Assembly (NCBI GenBank): GCA_030647005.1
Contig: JAUSKG010000034.1
Span: 4,050 to 68,049, forward strand
DNA from: a bacterium
GTDB lineage: Bacteria > Patescibacteriota > Patescibacteriia > JACPHY01
DNA length: 64,000 nt
Reading direction: 5' to 3'
Shown here: positions 1 to 9,137 of the stretch, one piece after another
Layout: each line of letters begins with the position of its first letter
Numbering within the stretch: the stretch's first letter is position 1
Made by a program: the position numbers and the translations under genes
Notes under the pieces: model-generated
What the model was told of the DNA's origin: nothing
Databases searched by the model: none
The model's input: the letters and a program-made list of their open reading frames with translations, nothing else

Positions 1-897
1 TCGCCCCCGCTTTCCGGAAACGATCATGGAGAGCGGTGTTGCCATGACGAGCTGCGCGAGTGCCGCAGCCGCGTCCGTGAGCACCAGGGGCTCCTCGGGC
101 TGTCCGAGGCGCATCCCGAGCGTACGCATCCGGAACCCCGGGTGCGTCTCGTGGTGGCGCGAGTAGTACACGTACCGCACGAGCACATCCGGAAGGAAGG
201 TCACCTTGGGGATGTTTCCGTCTGGGAAGGCATGACGCGCGGTGGATGGATCGTGCGAACGTGCGAGCGCGTCGAGACCGCGCTGCGCATCGCAGCTCAC
301 GAGCAGGATGTGGAGGTACACGCTGAGCTCGCGCATCGCTGCGAGTTCTTCATCGCCCTCCGACCAACCCCGCGTGCGCACCTCTGCGTAGCTCGCGGTG
401 AGGTGCGCGATGAACCGCGCCGCCTCGGTGGCACCGAGGAGCATCTCCCACCACGCGTGGAGGTGCTCCCGCGTACGGTGCACGCGATGCACCCGTTGAT
501 CCGCGCTCGTGATGAGGAGTACCCGCGAGGTGCTCGCCATTATGAGCGGAAGGACGGCGTGGAGGTCCTGGATGTGCGACTCCATCGTCTGGCAGATATC
601 CCAGTGGAACACGTCGAGTCCCGTCTCGGGAACTGCCGCACGGAAGATGGCCGGAAACCCGTCGAGATCGCCGCAGTAGTGATGCGCGCCGCGCTCCATG
701 CGCAGGAGCGCGCGCTGCTTGCGACGATCACGCTCGATGAACCAGCAGTGTCCGATGGGGATGCCGAGCCGTGACCACACGCGACACTCGACACCATCTC
801 CACCGAGCGTCGCCACCGTGGCGCGCTCGGCATCGAAGTACGGCGCGAGCTGCGTGAGCACGGCATGCACACACCGCTCCTTCGTCACATTCCGCAT
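1..897 (-). CDS. hypothetical protein; C-terminal part runs off the window edge; absent from the ORF track
   Basis: Manual minus-strand translation from ATG (complement of 895-897). An AGAGGAGG Shine-Dalgarno lies 4 nt upstream. The frame stays open to position 1 with strong G/C third-position bias. N-terminus reads MRNVTKERCVHAVLTQLAPYFDAERATVATLGGDGVECRVW. The plus-strand ORF 142..774 is its Arg-rich antisense. Confidence 0.55.
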   Translation of the reverse strand, partial: MRNVTKERCVHAVLTQLAPYFDAERATVATLGGDGVECRVWSRLGIPIGHCWFIERDRRKQRALLRMERGAHHYCGDLDGFPAIFRAAVPETGLDVFHWDICQTMESHIQDLHAVLPLIMASTSRVLLITSADQRVHRVHRTREHLHAWWEMLLGATEAARFIAHLTASYAEVRTRGWSEGDEELAAMRELSVYLHILLVSCDAQRGLDALARSHDPSTARHAFPDGNIPKVTFLPDVLVRYVYYSRHHETHPGFRMRTLGMRLGQPEEPLVLTDAAAALAQLVMATPLSMIVSGKRGR

Positions 898-1063
898 GCG
901 TCCTCCTCTTTCGTTGTATTGTGAAAGACCAATACCTATCGCGCGCACCGTATCATGGCGGTATTTCCCTGTCAACCTCGCTACCATGGACTCCCTTGAC
1001 ACGGAGCGCACGCGGGGGTATCCTGAATGCGCAGTCCTTTCACCAATACGATGAGGAGGTGCC

Positions 1064-2518
1064 ATGACCGGACACGATGAGGGCGCGCAGCAACCACCAA
1101 CTGCCGCGCAGACCGCAACACGAACCATCACCTACAGCGACTTCATGGTGGCGCGCGACATGCTCCGTGAGCTCGTCGGAAATCAGTTCTCGGGCGAGAG
1201 CGCAGCATACGCGATCACCAAACGCTTCGATCGCCTCCTCTGGGTCATCGCGAAAGGCGATCCGCTCGATGATGCGATCGCGGAGCTTGCCGCCGCACTT
1301 GAAAACCTCGAGCACACACTCCGCGCGCAGCCGGAGGCCGAGCACACGGTGCCGACGCAACGCGCGGAGGACACCGTGGCCATCAACGATCTCCTCCGCG
1401 AGATCACCACGCTCACCCAGTCGCTCCGCGCCGCGCATGAGGACAACGCTGCAACGACGCAGACGCTCGAACGCGAACGTGCGCAACGCACAGAGCGTGA
1501 CCAGCTCGCGCTCGACGGTCTCCGGAGCACCACAGCGGCGATGCGCGATGAAGGGGCGCAGGTGGCGGGGAGCATCGCGCGGCTCACGCATCTCACCGCG
1601 ACGATCGCGGGTGCGCACGAGGCGCTCCAGTCCACGATCGCCGGCATGCACACCGCGGCGCACGGCGCAGATACGCCCGTCGGTATCCTGGAGCAGATGC
1701 GACTCGAAACTGCTGCGCGCGCTCGCGAGCGGTGGTGCATGGACGCGCATGATCGCATCGCCGAGATCGACGAGGCCATGGCTGCCCACCACAGCGAGCG
1801 CGATGTCCTCCAGGCGAAGCAGCGCACGCGGCGGCTCGATGCCGATGGCCTCGCACGGCTGGGATGGCTCGAGGCACGCATCGCGCAGCTCGAAGTCACG
1901 GCATCCTCCGTCCAGCACCTCGTGAAGCCCATCCAGAAGGAGGGAACACGAATCCGGGAGCGTCTCCACGCCATGGGACAGCTCGCGGAACAACTTCCGC
2001 TCGCAGAGCACCTCCCGGCACTCCCGCTATTCCCGGAGGAGCTGCCGGAGGATGCACGCGTGGCGGAGGCACCCGCACCGGAGCGTGCCACGCAGCCGAC
2101 CTCGGATGCGGGAACGGGTGACGATGAGCCGCTGCGCGAACCCACACCGGAGGACATCCTCGCGGTCAAGCTCACCGCCGTACTCATCGAGCGATGTGCG
2201 CAGGTCAACGAGGCACGAACGGGGAAGACATGGCTCCGCACGACCATCGGCAAAGTCCAACGGTGTGCACATACGAGCGGCATCCTCGCTGCGCATGGTC
2301 TCCAGAGGAAGCAATTCATGCTCGCCGTCGTCGGACTGCCCACGCGTGCCCTCGTGGATCGCTACCTCGCATGGAAAGGCAGTATGGGGAGAAACGTCAT
2401 CTCGAGCTGCTACACGCGGACGACGGAGCCCCTGCCGGACGAATGGAAGACGCTCCTCCGTGAAGAAGAAATCCTTGCATTCCTCGACGTATTCTACACG
2501 CCGCGAGAGCAGCCGTAG
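1064..2518 (+). CDS. hypothetical alpha-helical / coiled-coil protein
   Basis: 484-aa ORF with an AGGAGG SD 6 nt upstream of the ATG and strong GC3 bias. Composition is rich in A, E, L, R, Q, typical of a coiled coil. The overlapping minus-strand ORF 1040..2011 looks like antisense noise. Confidence 0.6.
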   Translation: MTGHDEGAQQPPTAAQTATRTITYSDFMVARDMLRELVGNQFSGESAAYAITKRFDRLLWVIAKGDPLDDAIAELAAALENLEHTLRAQPEAEHTVPTQRAEDTVAINDLLREITTLTQSLRAAHEDNAATTQTLERERAQRTERDQLALDGLRSTTAAMRDEGAQVAGSIARLTHLTATIAGAHEALQSTIAGMHTAAHGADTPVGILEQMRLETAARARERWCMDAHDRIAEIDEAMAAHHSERDVLQAKQRTRRLDADGLARLGWLEARIAQLEVTASSVQHLVKPIQKEGTRIRERLHAMGQLAEQLPLAEHLPALPLFPEELPEDARVAEAPAPERATQPTSDAGTGDDEPLREPTPEDILAVKLTAVLIERCAQVNEARTGKTWLRTTIGKVQRCAHTSGILAAHGLQRKQFMLAVVGLPTRALVDRYLAWKGSMGRNVISSCYTRTTEPLPDEWKTLLREEEILAFLDVFYTPREQP

Positions 2519-2528
2519 GCACAAGAGA

Positions 2529-2564
2529 ACCCCCCGGTCCCAAAGGGATCCGGGGGGTCTTTTC
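2529..2564. terminator. GC-rich hairpin with flanking T/A runs between convergent genes (bidirectional intrinsic-terminator-like)
   Basis: ACCCCCCGG-loop-CCGGGGGGT followed by CTTTTC. It lies exactly between the stop of the 1064..2518 gene and the stop of the 2563..4095 gene. Confidence 0.45.
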
Positions 2565-4095
2565 ATGCCTTGCGCTTCGCGAGGAGTGCGTGGCGATGCT
2601 TGCCGACGAACTCGCTCGCTTCTTCGCTGTTCCAGGGGTGCTGCGCCTGTCCGACCGCCGCGAGCATACTCATCGTGAGGTGCTCGAGGAGTGCGGCTTT
2701 TCCCGTGGGCAAGATACCGTAGCACGTGTTGAGAAGGATGAGGTGATCCTCGCTATTGCCGATCACCGCGAAGACGTGCGGTGCTGCGCGCGTGGAGCCA
2801 AAGAACCACGTCTGGTCGCCGACGTTCAGGGGAATGATGCGGCTGCCTTGCTTACGGTCACGACTGCCACCTCCACCACTTCCGCCGCCTCCACTTCCAC
2901 CGCCTCCACTTCCGCCATCACCACTTCCACCGCCACCACTTCCGCCATTACCACCCAAACCCTCGGGATTGCGGATAGGTGGCGAGGCGGTTGCCTTCCC
3001 CCATGCATGCTCGAACGCGGCGCGGATGTCGTGCGTGATGACCTCCGCCACCTTCGATCCGGCCATGATATCGGCGTCCTCGAGGAGTGCCTGCGCCTGC
3101 GGGGCAACCTCGGCCTGGAGGAGGTCTGCGATCTTCCTCCATGCCTTCCCCCTGAGGAACATATCGTGCAGCCCGCTGCGCGACGTGTCCTGCTGTTCCA
3201 GGAGTCCCGGGACGAAGATGTCGCCTCGGAGATCCGGACGGCCGAGCGGGTATGGCAGGTGCCGACCGAGTGCCGGACAGAATCCCACACGGAACCCCGT
3301 CTCTGCATCCACGAGCCAGATGCCGCTCCGCTCGCTCGCGGGGTCCGGAACGCGCTCGAGGTAGGCCTCGATGGCGGTATCCGGCACGGCGATCACGAGT
3401 GCGGACACGAGCGGTGGCGGGACGAACTTCTTCCCGCCGATGAGGAGCGTGCCGCAGCGATCACGCTTGCGTGGAAGCCAGGGTGCAACCGCATCTCGGA
3501 GCTCGTTGTGCGACCCGAAGACCGGGTTGTCCACGACGATGCAGGAGAATCGCCCGCGATGGCCCGCGTACGCACCGAGCTCCAACGCGTCGGGCTCGAA
3601 TGATTGCGGGAGCGCACCCGGCGGTGTCGTTGCCGCCGTTGGCGTGATGCGCCAGCACGTCACACGACCGGACACCGACGTGCGCGTGAAGACGGTGAAC
3701 CCCGTGTCGTAGCTATACCGATCGCGGCGCAGCGCGAACGCTGCGGTACGACCGATCCCCTTGTCCGATGCGCCACGGTATCTCCCGCGCTTTCCTTCCC
3801 GACGCTTCGCCCCGAGCGAGCAGAACCGATCGAAATCGGCCTGCGTGAAGCCGGTGCCGGAGTCAAAGCAGACGAGCGCGGACTCTCCCGTGAACGCGTG
3901 CCGCTTCTCGATGCTGAGCTCAACGTGGATCCGTGATGGCTCCCAGAGCTCCTGGGTCCCGCCGCCCATGCACGCCACCATCGCATTCCGAATGATCTCC
4001 ACGACGCACTTGCCCGGATCGGTGTACAGCTCTGCGCCGAGCGGTCCAACGAGCAGCTCGGCGGTTGCTTGAAAGAGAACCGGTGATACCTTCAT
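2563..4095 (-). CDS. GHKL-superfamily (HATPase_c / Bergerat-fold) ATPase with Gly/Ser-rich linker and C-terminal domain
   Basis: 510 aa with an SD GGTGAGGAG upstream. N-terminal Bergerat motifs are present: N-box EIIRNAMVAC, G1 FDSGTGF, G2 GASDKGIGRTAAFAL. A (GGSGG)n low-complexity linker sits near residue 385-415, followed by a ~90-aa C-terminal domain. Confidence 0.7.
   Translation of the reverse strand: MKVSPVLFQATAELLVGPLGAELYTDPGKCVVEIIRNAMVACMGGGTQELWEPSRIHVELSIEKRHAFTGESALVCFDSGTGFTQADFDRFCSLGAKRREGKRGRYRGASDKGIGRTAAFALRRDRYSYDTGFTVFTRTSVSGRVTCWRITPTAATTPPGALPQSFEPDALELGAYAGHRGRFSCIVVDNPVFGSHNELRDAVAPWLPRKRDRCGTLLIGGKKFVPPPLVSALVIAVPDTAIEAYLERVPDPASERSGIWLVDAETGFRVGFCPALGRHLPYPLGRPDLRGDIFVPGLLEQQDTSRSGLHDMFLRGKAWRKIADLLQAEVAPQAQALLEDADIMAGSKVAEVITHDIRAAFEHAWGKATASPPIRNPEGLGGNGGSGGGGSGDGGSGGGGSGGGGSGGGGSRDRKQGSRIIPLNVGDQTWFFGSTRAAPHVFAVIGNSEDHLILLNTCYGILPTGKAALLEHLTMSMLAAVGQAQHPWNSEEASEFVGKHRHALLAKRKA
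2866..2955 (-). repeat. 15-bp tandem repeat (about 6 units) encoding the (GGSGG)n linker of the GHKL ATPase
   Basis: Units CCACTTCC(G/A)CC(G/A)(C/T)C(T/A) are repeated head-to-tail on the plus strand. They translate on the minus strand as GGNGGSGGGGSGDGGSGGGGSGGGGSGGGGS. Confidence 0.8.
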
Positions 4096-4136
4096 GACGA
4101 CTCCTCACCTTCTTTAGGGTTTTCGGTTGTGACGAA

Positions 4137-5603
4137 CTACCGTCGTCCGCGAGCATCGCGTACCGTCGTGAGCGACGGGAGCAGGGTACGCAGCGTCTCT
4201 GCGACCTCGGGGACCACTTCCGGCCCCACGATGTCCGCATCGGTCAACTCGCCGATGGCAGCGAGATCTCGCATCGTAGTCACGATGATGCGACGCGCCC
4301 GTGCGTCCGGTTTCCAACCCGCGCGGCTCATCTGCTTGAGCCCGCGCATGATTGATGCGATGCCAACGAGGATGTCGTACGCACCGTCCGTGGGCGTGTG
4401 GTCGTCGGGCACCTCGACCGCGTCATCTACTCTTGCGGGAGGCCCGCCAATCTCCGCCGCGTGCGCGCGAGGCAATGCCTCGGTGAGCGCGTTGGCTACC
4501 GGAGACGCAGATTTGTCTTCATCTTCCAGCCACGCGATCGCCTTGTGCAACGCTTCGATCTGCTGCGGCCCCGGGAGCACCCGCCCCCGAATCCAGCTCA
4601 TGATCGAGTTCTGCGTGAGATCGGAGTGCTGCGCGACCGTCACCGGTGTCTCGCCGGACTGCTCATACGCAATGCAGAAACGCACGAGCAGAATCGCGAG
4701 GCGCTCACCCTGCGTTGACCGGTACCGAAGGTTCGGATGCGTCCCCTCCCCCAAAAACTGACTGATGCGCACCCAGGCAACACGACCGCGGGGGATGATC
4801 TGCCAGGCCTTCGGCATCGTCGGGCGATTCCTGATCATCTCCAGTGCCCGTGCGCACCCGTTATCGTGCAGTGCGTTGATCTCCACGTACGGAGTGCGCG
4901 TCAGGTAGTGGGCGACGCCGCAGAGCACGTCCGCGATATTCTCCACGCGGAGATGGATGCGCGCCTTTGCCGCCGCGCCGGACATGAGCACGTCCAGGCG
5001 CAGCTTCGATACGTTCGCCTGCTGGGCGAAAATTTCGGTCGTGAGGCCCGCGCCATCACGAATCGCACGCAGGACACCCGCGAGCACGGCCCGATCACCG
5101 ATGTCGTCGAGCGGACGGGGAAGCGGACTAAGGAATCGCATCCGTGCGCATTCCACCGCTCGCAGGATGTACCGCGGCTCGAACGCGTAGACCGTCAACT
5201 CCTCCACGCGCGCACGCTGACGATCACCCGGCACCTCACCGAAACGCTGCCATCGTCGCACCTGATAGTCGGGCACGCCGCAATGCTCTGCGAACCTCTC
5301 CGCGGACATCCGCTCGCGATCGAGGAACGCCGAGCAGTGCTCTTGCCAGGCACGATCGCAGTCCTCCGGAAGCGGCCCGTGCCGCTTCAGGTCGCGCAGG
5401 AGTCGGTCACGATACCGTTGCACCTTGTCCTGCATGCCGGGCCACTCTTTCTGGCGTTTGTGCTTCGTCCCGCGGTGCAACCACCCGTGCACGATCGTGG
5501 CGTACTTGAGATGCAGGAGCTCCTTGATCTGATCCTGCGTAACTCCCGGGTACTCGAGGCACTCCCGAATCAACGCACGAATCGGCTCGAATCCATCTTC
5601 CAT
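4137..5603 (-). CDS. DNA-binding protein with about four helix-turn-helix (XRE/Cro-like) modules
   Basis: Start chosen at MEDGFEP (GGAGGA SD 5 nt upstream); the track ORF begins 24 codons earlier. Four segments resemble HTH recognition helices: VTQDQIKELLHLKYATIVHGW, MSAERFAEHCGVPDYQVRRWQ, LTTEIFAQQANVSKLRLDVLMSG, VTVAQHSDLTQNSIMSWIRG. It lies 41 nt upstream of, and is co-oriented with, the GHKL ATPase gene. Confidence 0.6.
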   Translation of the reverse strand: MEDGFEPIRALIRECLEYPGVTQDQIKELLHLKYATIVHGWLHRGTKHKRQKEWPGMQDKVQRYRDRLLRDLKRHGPLPEDCDRAWQEHCSAFLDRERMSAERFAEHCGVPDYQVRRWQRFGEVPGDRQRARVEELTVYAFEPRYILRAVECARMRFLSPLPRPLDDIGDRAVLAGVLRAIRDGAGLTTEIFAQQANVSKLRLDVLMSGAAAKARIHLRVENIADVLCGVAHYLTRTPYVEINALHDNGCARALEMIRNRPTMPKAWQIIPRGRVAWVRISQFLGEGTHPNLRYRSTQGERLAILLVRFCIAYEQSGETPVTVAQHSDLTQNSIMSWIRGRVLPGPQQIEALHKAIAWLEDEDKSASPVANALTEALPRAHAAEIGGPPARVDDAVEVPDDHTPTDGAYDILVGIASIMRGLKQMSRAGWKPDARARRIIVTTMRDLAAIGELTDADIVGPEVVPEVAETLRTLLPSLTTVRDARGRR

Positions 5604-5671
5604 TGCTTCCTCCAGGTTTACTCGATTGTGCAAAGAGCACGGCTGCACCGTACCACGGCTCCCTACCGATG

Positions 5672-6133
5672 TCAAACCCCTCTCCGAGGGTCATTGCATG
5701 CTTGGAAATACGACGCAAACCACCACCCAATCACACCACCAATGATGAGGAGGTCTGCGATGTTAAACGCGGGGAACATGCTTGTGACGCTGAGATAATC
5801 CGTCACTCCGCCGAGAGCAATGCGCTCAGTGAGATTGGAGATCGCACCGAGGATGACGGCGAGGAGCAGCACATCAAATCGTCCCGTCGCCATGCGACGC
5901 CGCACCGCGTGGACAATGAGCGCAATGACAACCGCAACGCCCACCGGCCAAATGACCGCATTCGGGATCGGCAGCGAGAACGCGAGGACCTCATTCGTGC
6001 TCGGCATAAACCCCACCCACCCCGCGCGCGTCCCCCACGCAAAATGCTCCCCCACGGGGAGCATCTGACGTGCGACCATCTTCAACACGACATCCGTGGC
6101 AATGGCGACAGCAATCAACCCGCACGCAACCAT
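5672..6133 (-). CDS. lspA: lipoprotein signal peptidase (signal peptidase II)
   Basis: Polytopic membrane protein ~150 aa with the family-typical C-terminal motif FNIADLLIIGGVIGW. Start taken at MVACGLIAV. Confidence 0.75.
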   Translation of the reverse strand: MVACGLIAVAIATDVVLKMVARQMLPVGEHFAWGTRAGWVGFMPSTNEVLAFSLPIPNAVIWPVGVAVVIALIVHAVRRRMATGRFDVLLLAVILGAISNLTERIALGGVTDYLSVTSMFPAFNIADLLIIGGVIGWWFASYFQACNDPRRGV

Positions 6134-6187
6134 CCTTTTCTCAGTTCCCCATCTTACGTTCTGCATTCTGCGTTCATCGTTCTACGT

Positions 6188-6547
6188 TTATCCTCCCTTC
6201 TTCTCCGTCTTGCAGCGCACGCAGGAGCTGGAGGTTGGACGCGCGATCAGTCGCTTCTCTGGAATCTGCTCGTTGCAGTATCGGCACATCCCGTACGTGC
6301 CCGCGGCGATGCGCGAGAGCGCATTGTTCACATCGCGGAGCGCGTGGTCCAGTGCCTGCCCGAGGGACAGGTTGTCCGAGTACGTCGCAATTTCTGCGGC
6401 GTTCTCATCCTCACCGCGACCAAAGTCCTCAAACTTCCCGTAGCGTTTGAGCTCGAGTTCGAGTTCTTGCTTCCGCGTAAGCAATCTTTCCTCAATCGTC
6501 TTCAGGAGCCCCGTATCCATAGCAGTTGCTGTTGCGTGCATATCCAT
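6188..6547 (-). CDS. DksA/TraR-family C4-type zinc-finger protein
   Basis: N-terminal coiled-coil region (LLKTIEERLLTRKQELELELKRYGK) followed by CRYCNEQIP...CVRC (CxxC-x17-CxxC). Start assigned at MDMHATA. Confidence 0.7.
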   Translation of the reverse strand: MDMHATATAMDTGLLKTIEERLLTRKQELELELKRYGKFEDFGRGEDENAAEIATYSDNLSLGQALDHALRDVNNALSRIAAGTYGMCRYCNEQIPEKRLIARPTSSSCVRCKTEKKGG

Positions 6548-7131
6548 CCTTGGTGCTCCCGCACCAGCTTCGGAGGGAACATGCGAAACCACCCATCCCC
6601 ATCCCACCCCCTCAAAATGACGTGGAGGACCCACTCACAACAAGTGCTGTGAGATTTCTAGCATAGCGACTCGCAGAGGGACCGTCCAGTACGGAAAAAT
6701 GGCGCAAAAAGAAAGAGGCGCTTGGATGTGCGCCGCCGTTTTGATAGCGGTAATGATTTCAGCACAATCCTGCGCCTCTTGACGATCATTGGCCTTGGCT
6801 GTGTCCGCGGATCGCTGGCTCGGATGAACCCAGCCGAGGCACCGATCCGCGGAAACGAGCACGTACCAATATCGTTCTTGCACTTTGCTGAGAAGTGCGC
6901 CGCTCAACCATTCGCTGGGTGGCCACAAGTTGAAACGAGGGACTACACCCGTTGTGCTTTTGGTTTACCAACACTTGGCCCTATTCAGCATTCGGGCCGG
7001 TATGAGGAACAGTAGAGCGGAAGGAACTCCCGATGAGCGAGCACCGAACATGACATACCGACTGAAGCAATTCGCCTCACTCGGACTCTCCCAGGGAGAT
7101 CCCTACATGTGTTTCCCCTTCGTACTTATCC

Positions 7132-7160
7132 AATATACCAAGCGAACGGATTACAGTCAA
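7132..7160 (-). promoter_or_regulatory. sigma70-like promoter TTGACT-17-TATATT on the minus strand, facing the DksA-like gene
   Basis: 11 of 12 positions match the -35/-10 consensus, with 17-nt spacing. It lies inside the low-GC island about 580 nt upstream of the DksA/TraR start. It could also be a chance match in AT-rich DNA. Confidence 0.35.
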
Positions 7161-7333
7161 TCGAGCAATATAATGGGTCAAAAAATATCATTTTCGCTGT
7201 GTTGCAACAAAAAAAATGGAAGCTCGTTGCTGCGACACTTGGAAATCAACCACGATTGCTTGAGCTACTTTCGATTATCCACTGCAAAAAAACATTTTGT
7301 TATCAACAAGATCGCTCCGCTCAACAGAGCGCA

Positions 7334-8479
7334 TTATTCATTCCTTGGTTCAATCAATCCACAGATAGATACTTCGCTGAGCGATGCATAAAACATGCCA
7401 AGAACAACGACCTGTGGATGAACCATTGCCTGGAATGTCATCGCATCGCTTCCACGCATCGAACACGAGCGCGGGAGACGGAGGAGCGATTGCTCGCTGC
7501 TCGTGACGAGCTCCGGTCGGTTGGAGACGAGCACGCCATCCGCGTCTGCTCGCAGCGCGAGCACGGGAGCGTGCTGCGCGTCATACGCGATCATGGTCGT
7601 GCCGTCACGCTCGACGGTGATCGCCGATGCATCCGCGGTTGCCACCTGCGTGACGAACCCGTCGAGGAGCGCGGGGCGCAGCGCGGGTGCAATCATCGCA
7701 GCGGCGCGCGAGAGCGCATCGCTCGTGATATTCGCGGTATCCGCGCGCACCGCAATGGACTGCTCCCGCCAGTTCGCGTACACGTCTACGAACTGCTGCG
7801 TCGCGAGGAAGGAGGAGAACGGCTCCGGCATCATACGCAGTGGCACGCCGCTCGCGACGAGCGAGCCGTAGGTGAGCGGAGCCGACACGGTGATGATACG
7901 GCCGCGCGGAAATGGTTGCGCAAGATCGGCAGTACGAAGGAGTACGCCGTCGCGCGTGATGGTTCCCTGGAGCGCGATCGTCTCGGGGATACCTCCGTAC
8001 CCATCTGCTTGGATGCCGAGCACACTGAACAACTCTGGTGTACGGACAACTACGTTGAGTGGGCGGACATGCGGAGGACCAAGCTCACGACTAACCTCGC
8101 CGCGGAGATCACGCACGATGATCGGTGTTTGCCCAATGAATACGGGGTCTTTTGGTACGATTGGTGCAATACCAACCGTAGGGCCCCATAGGAAAATCGT
8201 CGCGCTGTCCGTTCCCAACTCCACACCAACCTCCTCCACCGACGGGTCCCCGATGATCTGCGCGAGGAGCGTGGCATCATCCCCACCCACGAGTACCGCG
8301 AGGTGATCCTGGAGCGCGCTCCGGACCCGCGGGGTGAGATGCGCATGCGCGTACACCGCAGCGCGTGCGGACACGTGCGGTGCGATGTGATCGCGATACG
8401 GGAACACTCGATGCCACTGGGTGGTGCCGATAGCAAGCGCAGCGCACGCGAGCACGAGCGCGAACACCGCCCTCTTCAT
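7334..8479 (-). CDS. secreted hypothetical protein (N-terminal signal peptide)
   Basis: Start chosen at MKRAVFALVLACAALAIGTTQW, which has a signal-peptide-like hydrophobic segment; the track ORF starts 79 codons earlier. The last ~20 codons extend into the low-GC island. Confidence 0.5.
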   Translation of the reverse strand: MKRAVFALVLACAALAIGTTQWHRVFPYRDHIAPHVSARAAVYAHAHLTPRVRSALQDHLAVLVGGDDATLLAQIIGDPSVEEVGVELGTDSATIFLWGPTVGIAPIVPKDPVFIGQTPIIVRDLRGEVSRELGPPHVRPLNVVVRTPELFSVLGIQADGYGGIPETIALQGTITRDGVLLRTADLAQPFPRGRIITVSAPLTYGSLVASGVPLRMMPEPFSSFLATQQFVDVYANWREQSIAVRADTANITSDALSRAAAMIAPALRPALLDGFVTQVATADASAITVERDGTTMIAYDAQHAPVLALRADADGVLVSNRPELVTSSEQSLLRLPRSCSMRGSDAMTFQAMVHPQVVVLGMFYASLSEVSICGLIEPRNE

Positions 8480-8619
8480 GTTTCGTGAGTGCCATGACCA
8501 TGTCATATATCTCCCAAGCACCATACCGCATGCACGCGTCACGAGAAAGCGGTGCTCCATGGTGGGGCACCGCTCATGATCGTGACGACCAATGCGCCGG
8601 TCTGGACAATCATCCTCGA

Positions 8620-8859
8620 TCAATCGCCCACGTAGAGCATCTCGAACCCGCAGATAGCGCACGACTGACCGGGCACGACGTACCCACCGACGCGCTCGAC
8701 CCCAGGATGGGGACACTGCTCCTCGAGCTTCGTGAGATCCGCTCGTGCACTACCAATGCTCCTGCGCAGTTCTCCGGCCTCCTTCTCATAGGCAGCGATG
8801 AGCGCCCGCAATGCCGCCGATTCGCACCGCATCTCCAGCTCGCTCTTCTTCTCGTCCAT
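8620..8859 (-). CDS. small hypothetical protein with C-terminal Cys pairs (zinc-ribbon-like)
   Basis: Start at MDEKKSELEM with a GGAGGTG SD. The C-terminus carries CPHPG...CAICG. Confidence 0.4.
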   Translation of the reverse strand: MDEKKSELEMRCESAALRALIAAYEKEAGELRRSIGSARADLTKLEEQCPHPGVERVGGYVVPGQSCAICGFEMLYVGD

Positions 8860-8926
8860 GATGCACCTCCACAACGAACGAACTGCTTTGATCCTCGCAT
8901 GCGCATGTGATCCTGTCAACCGAGCG

Positions 8927-9020
8927 CACCCCCTCTCGCTCCCCCTCAAGATGAGGGGGGAGGATCAGATAACACCCTTCCGGCTCTCCCCCTCATCTTG
9001 AGGGGAAGTAGGAGGGGGTG
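8927..9020. repeat. inverted pair of a 36-nt dispersed repeat (CACCCCCTCTCGCTCCCCCTCAAGATGAGGGGGAGG); third copy at 56907..56942
   Basis: Copies at 8927..8963 and 8985..9020 (opposite orientation); near-identical copy at 56907..56942. Each has a short internal hairpin CCCTCA-AGA-TGAGGG. Confidence 0.6.
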
Positions 9021-9137
9021 GTATTGAGCTTCTCGCTGCGAGTATCTCGCGACGAAAAGCTCGCTGTGCATCCGAGTACAACAGACGAAAGACGAACAGC
9101 CCACGCATGGTGCGCGGGCTGTTCGTCTGCAATCGCG

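Noticed and set aside
1040-2011. 323-aa minus-strand ORF overlapping the 1064..2518 gene
   Set aside because: It is the antisense of a longer ORF that has an SD and strong GC3 bias. Its R/L/D/E-rich composition is typical of high-GC antisense frames.
2590-3603. Several plus-strand ORFs (2590..3603, 2756..3364 and others) inside the GHKL ATPase region, including a poly-Pro/Leu translation of the 15-bp repeat
   Set aside because: The minus-strand frame has canonical Bergerat ATPase motifs. The plus frames are low-complexity antisense.
6552-6577. tmRNA-like 3' end (…GGGAGCACCA) at the end of the low-GC island transcript
   Set aside because: The sequence is part of the 26-nt dispersed repeat found in both orientations elsewhere. 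No tRNA-like T-arm/acceptor fold or tag reading frame could be built.
5603-6652. 349-aa plus-strand ORF spanning lspA and the DksA/TraR-family gene
   Set aside because: Antisense to two well-supported minus-strand genes, with no SD.
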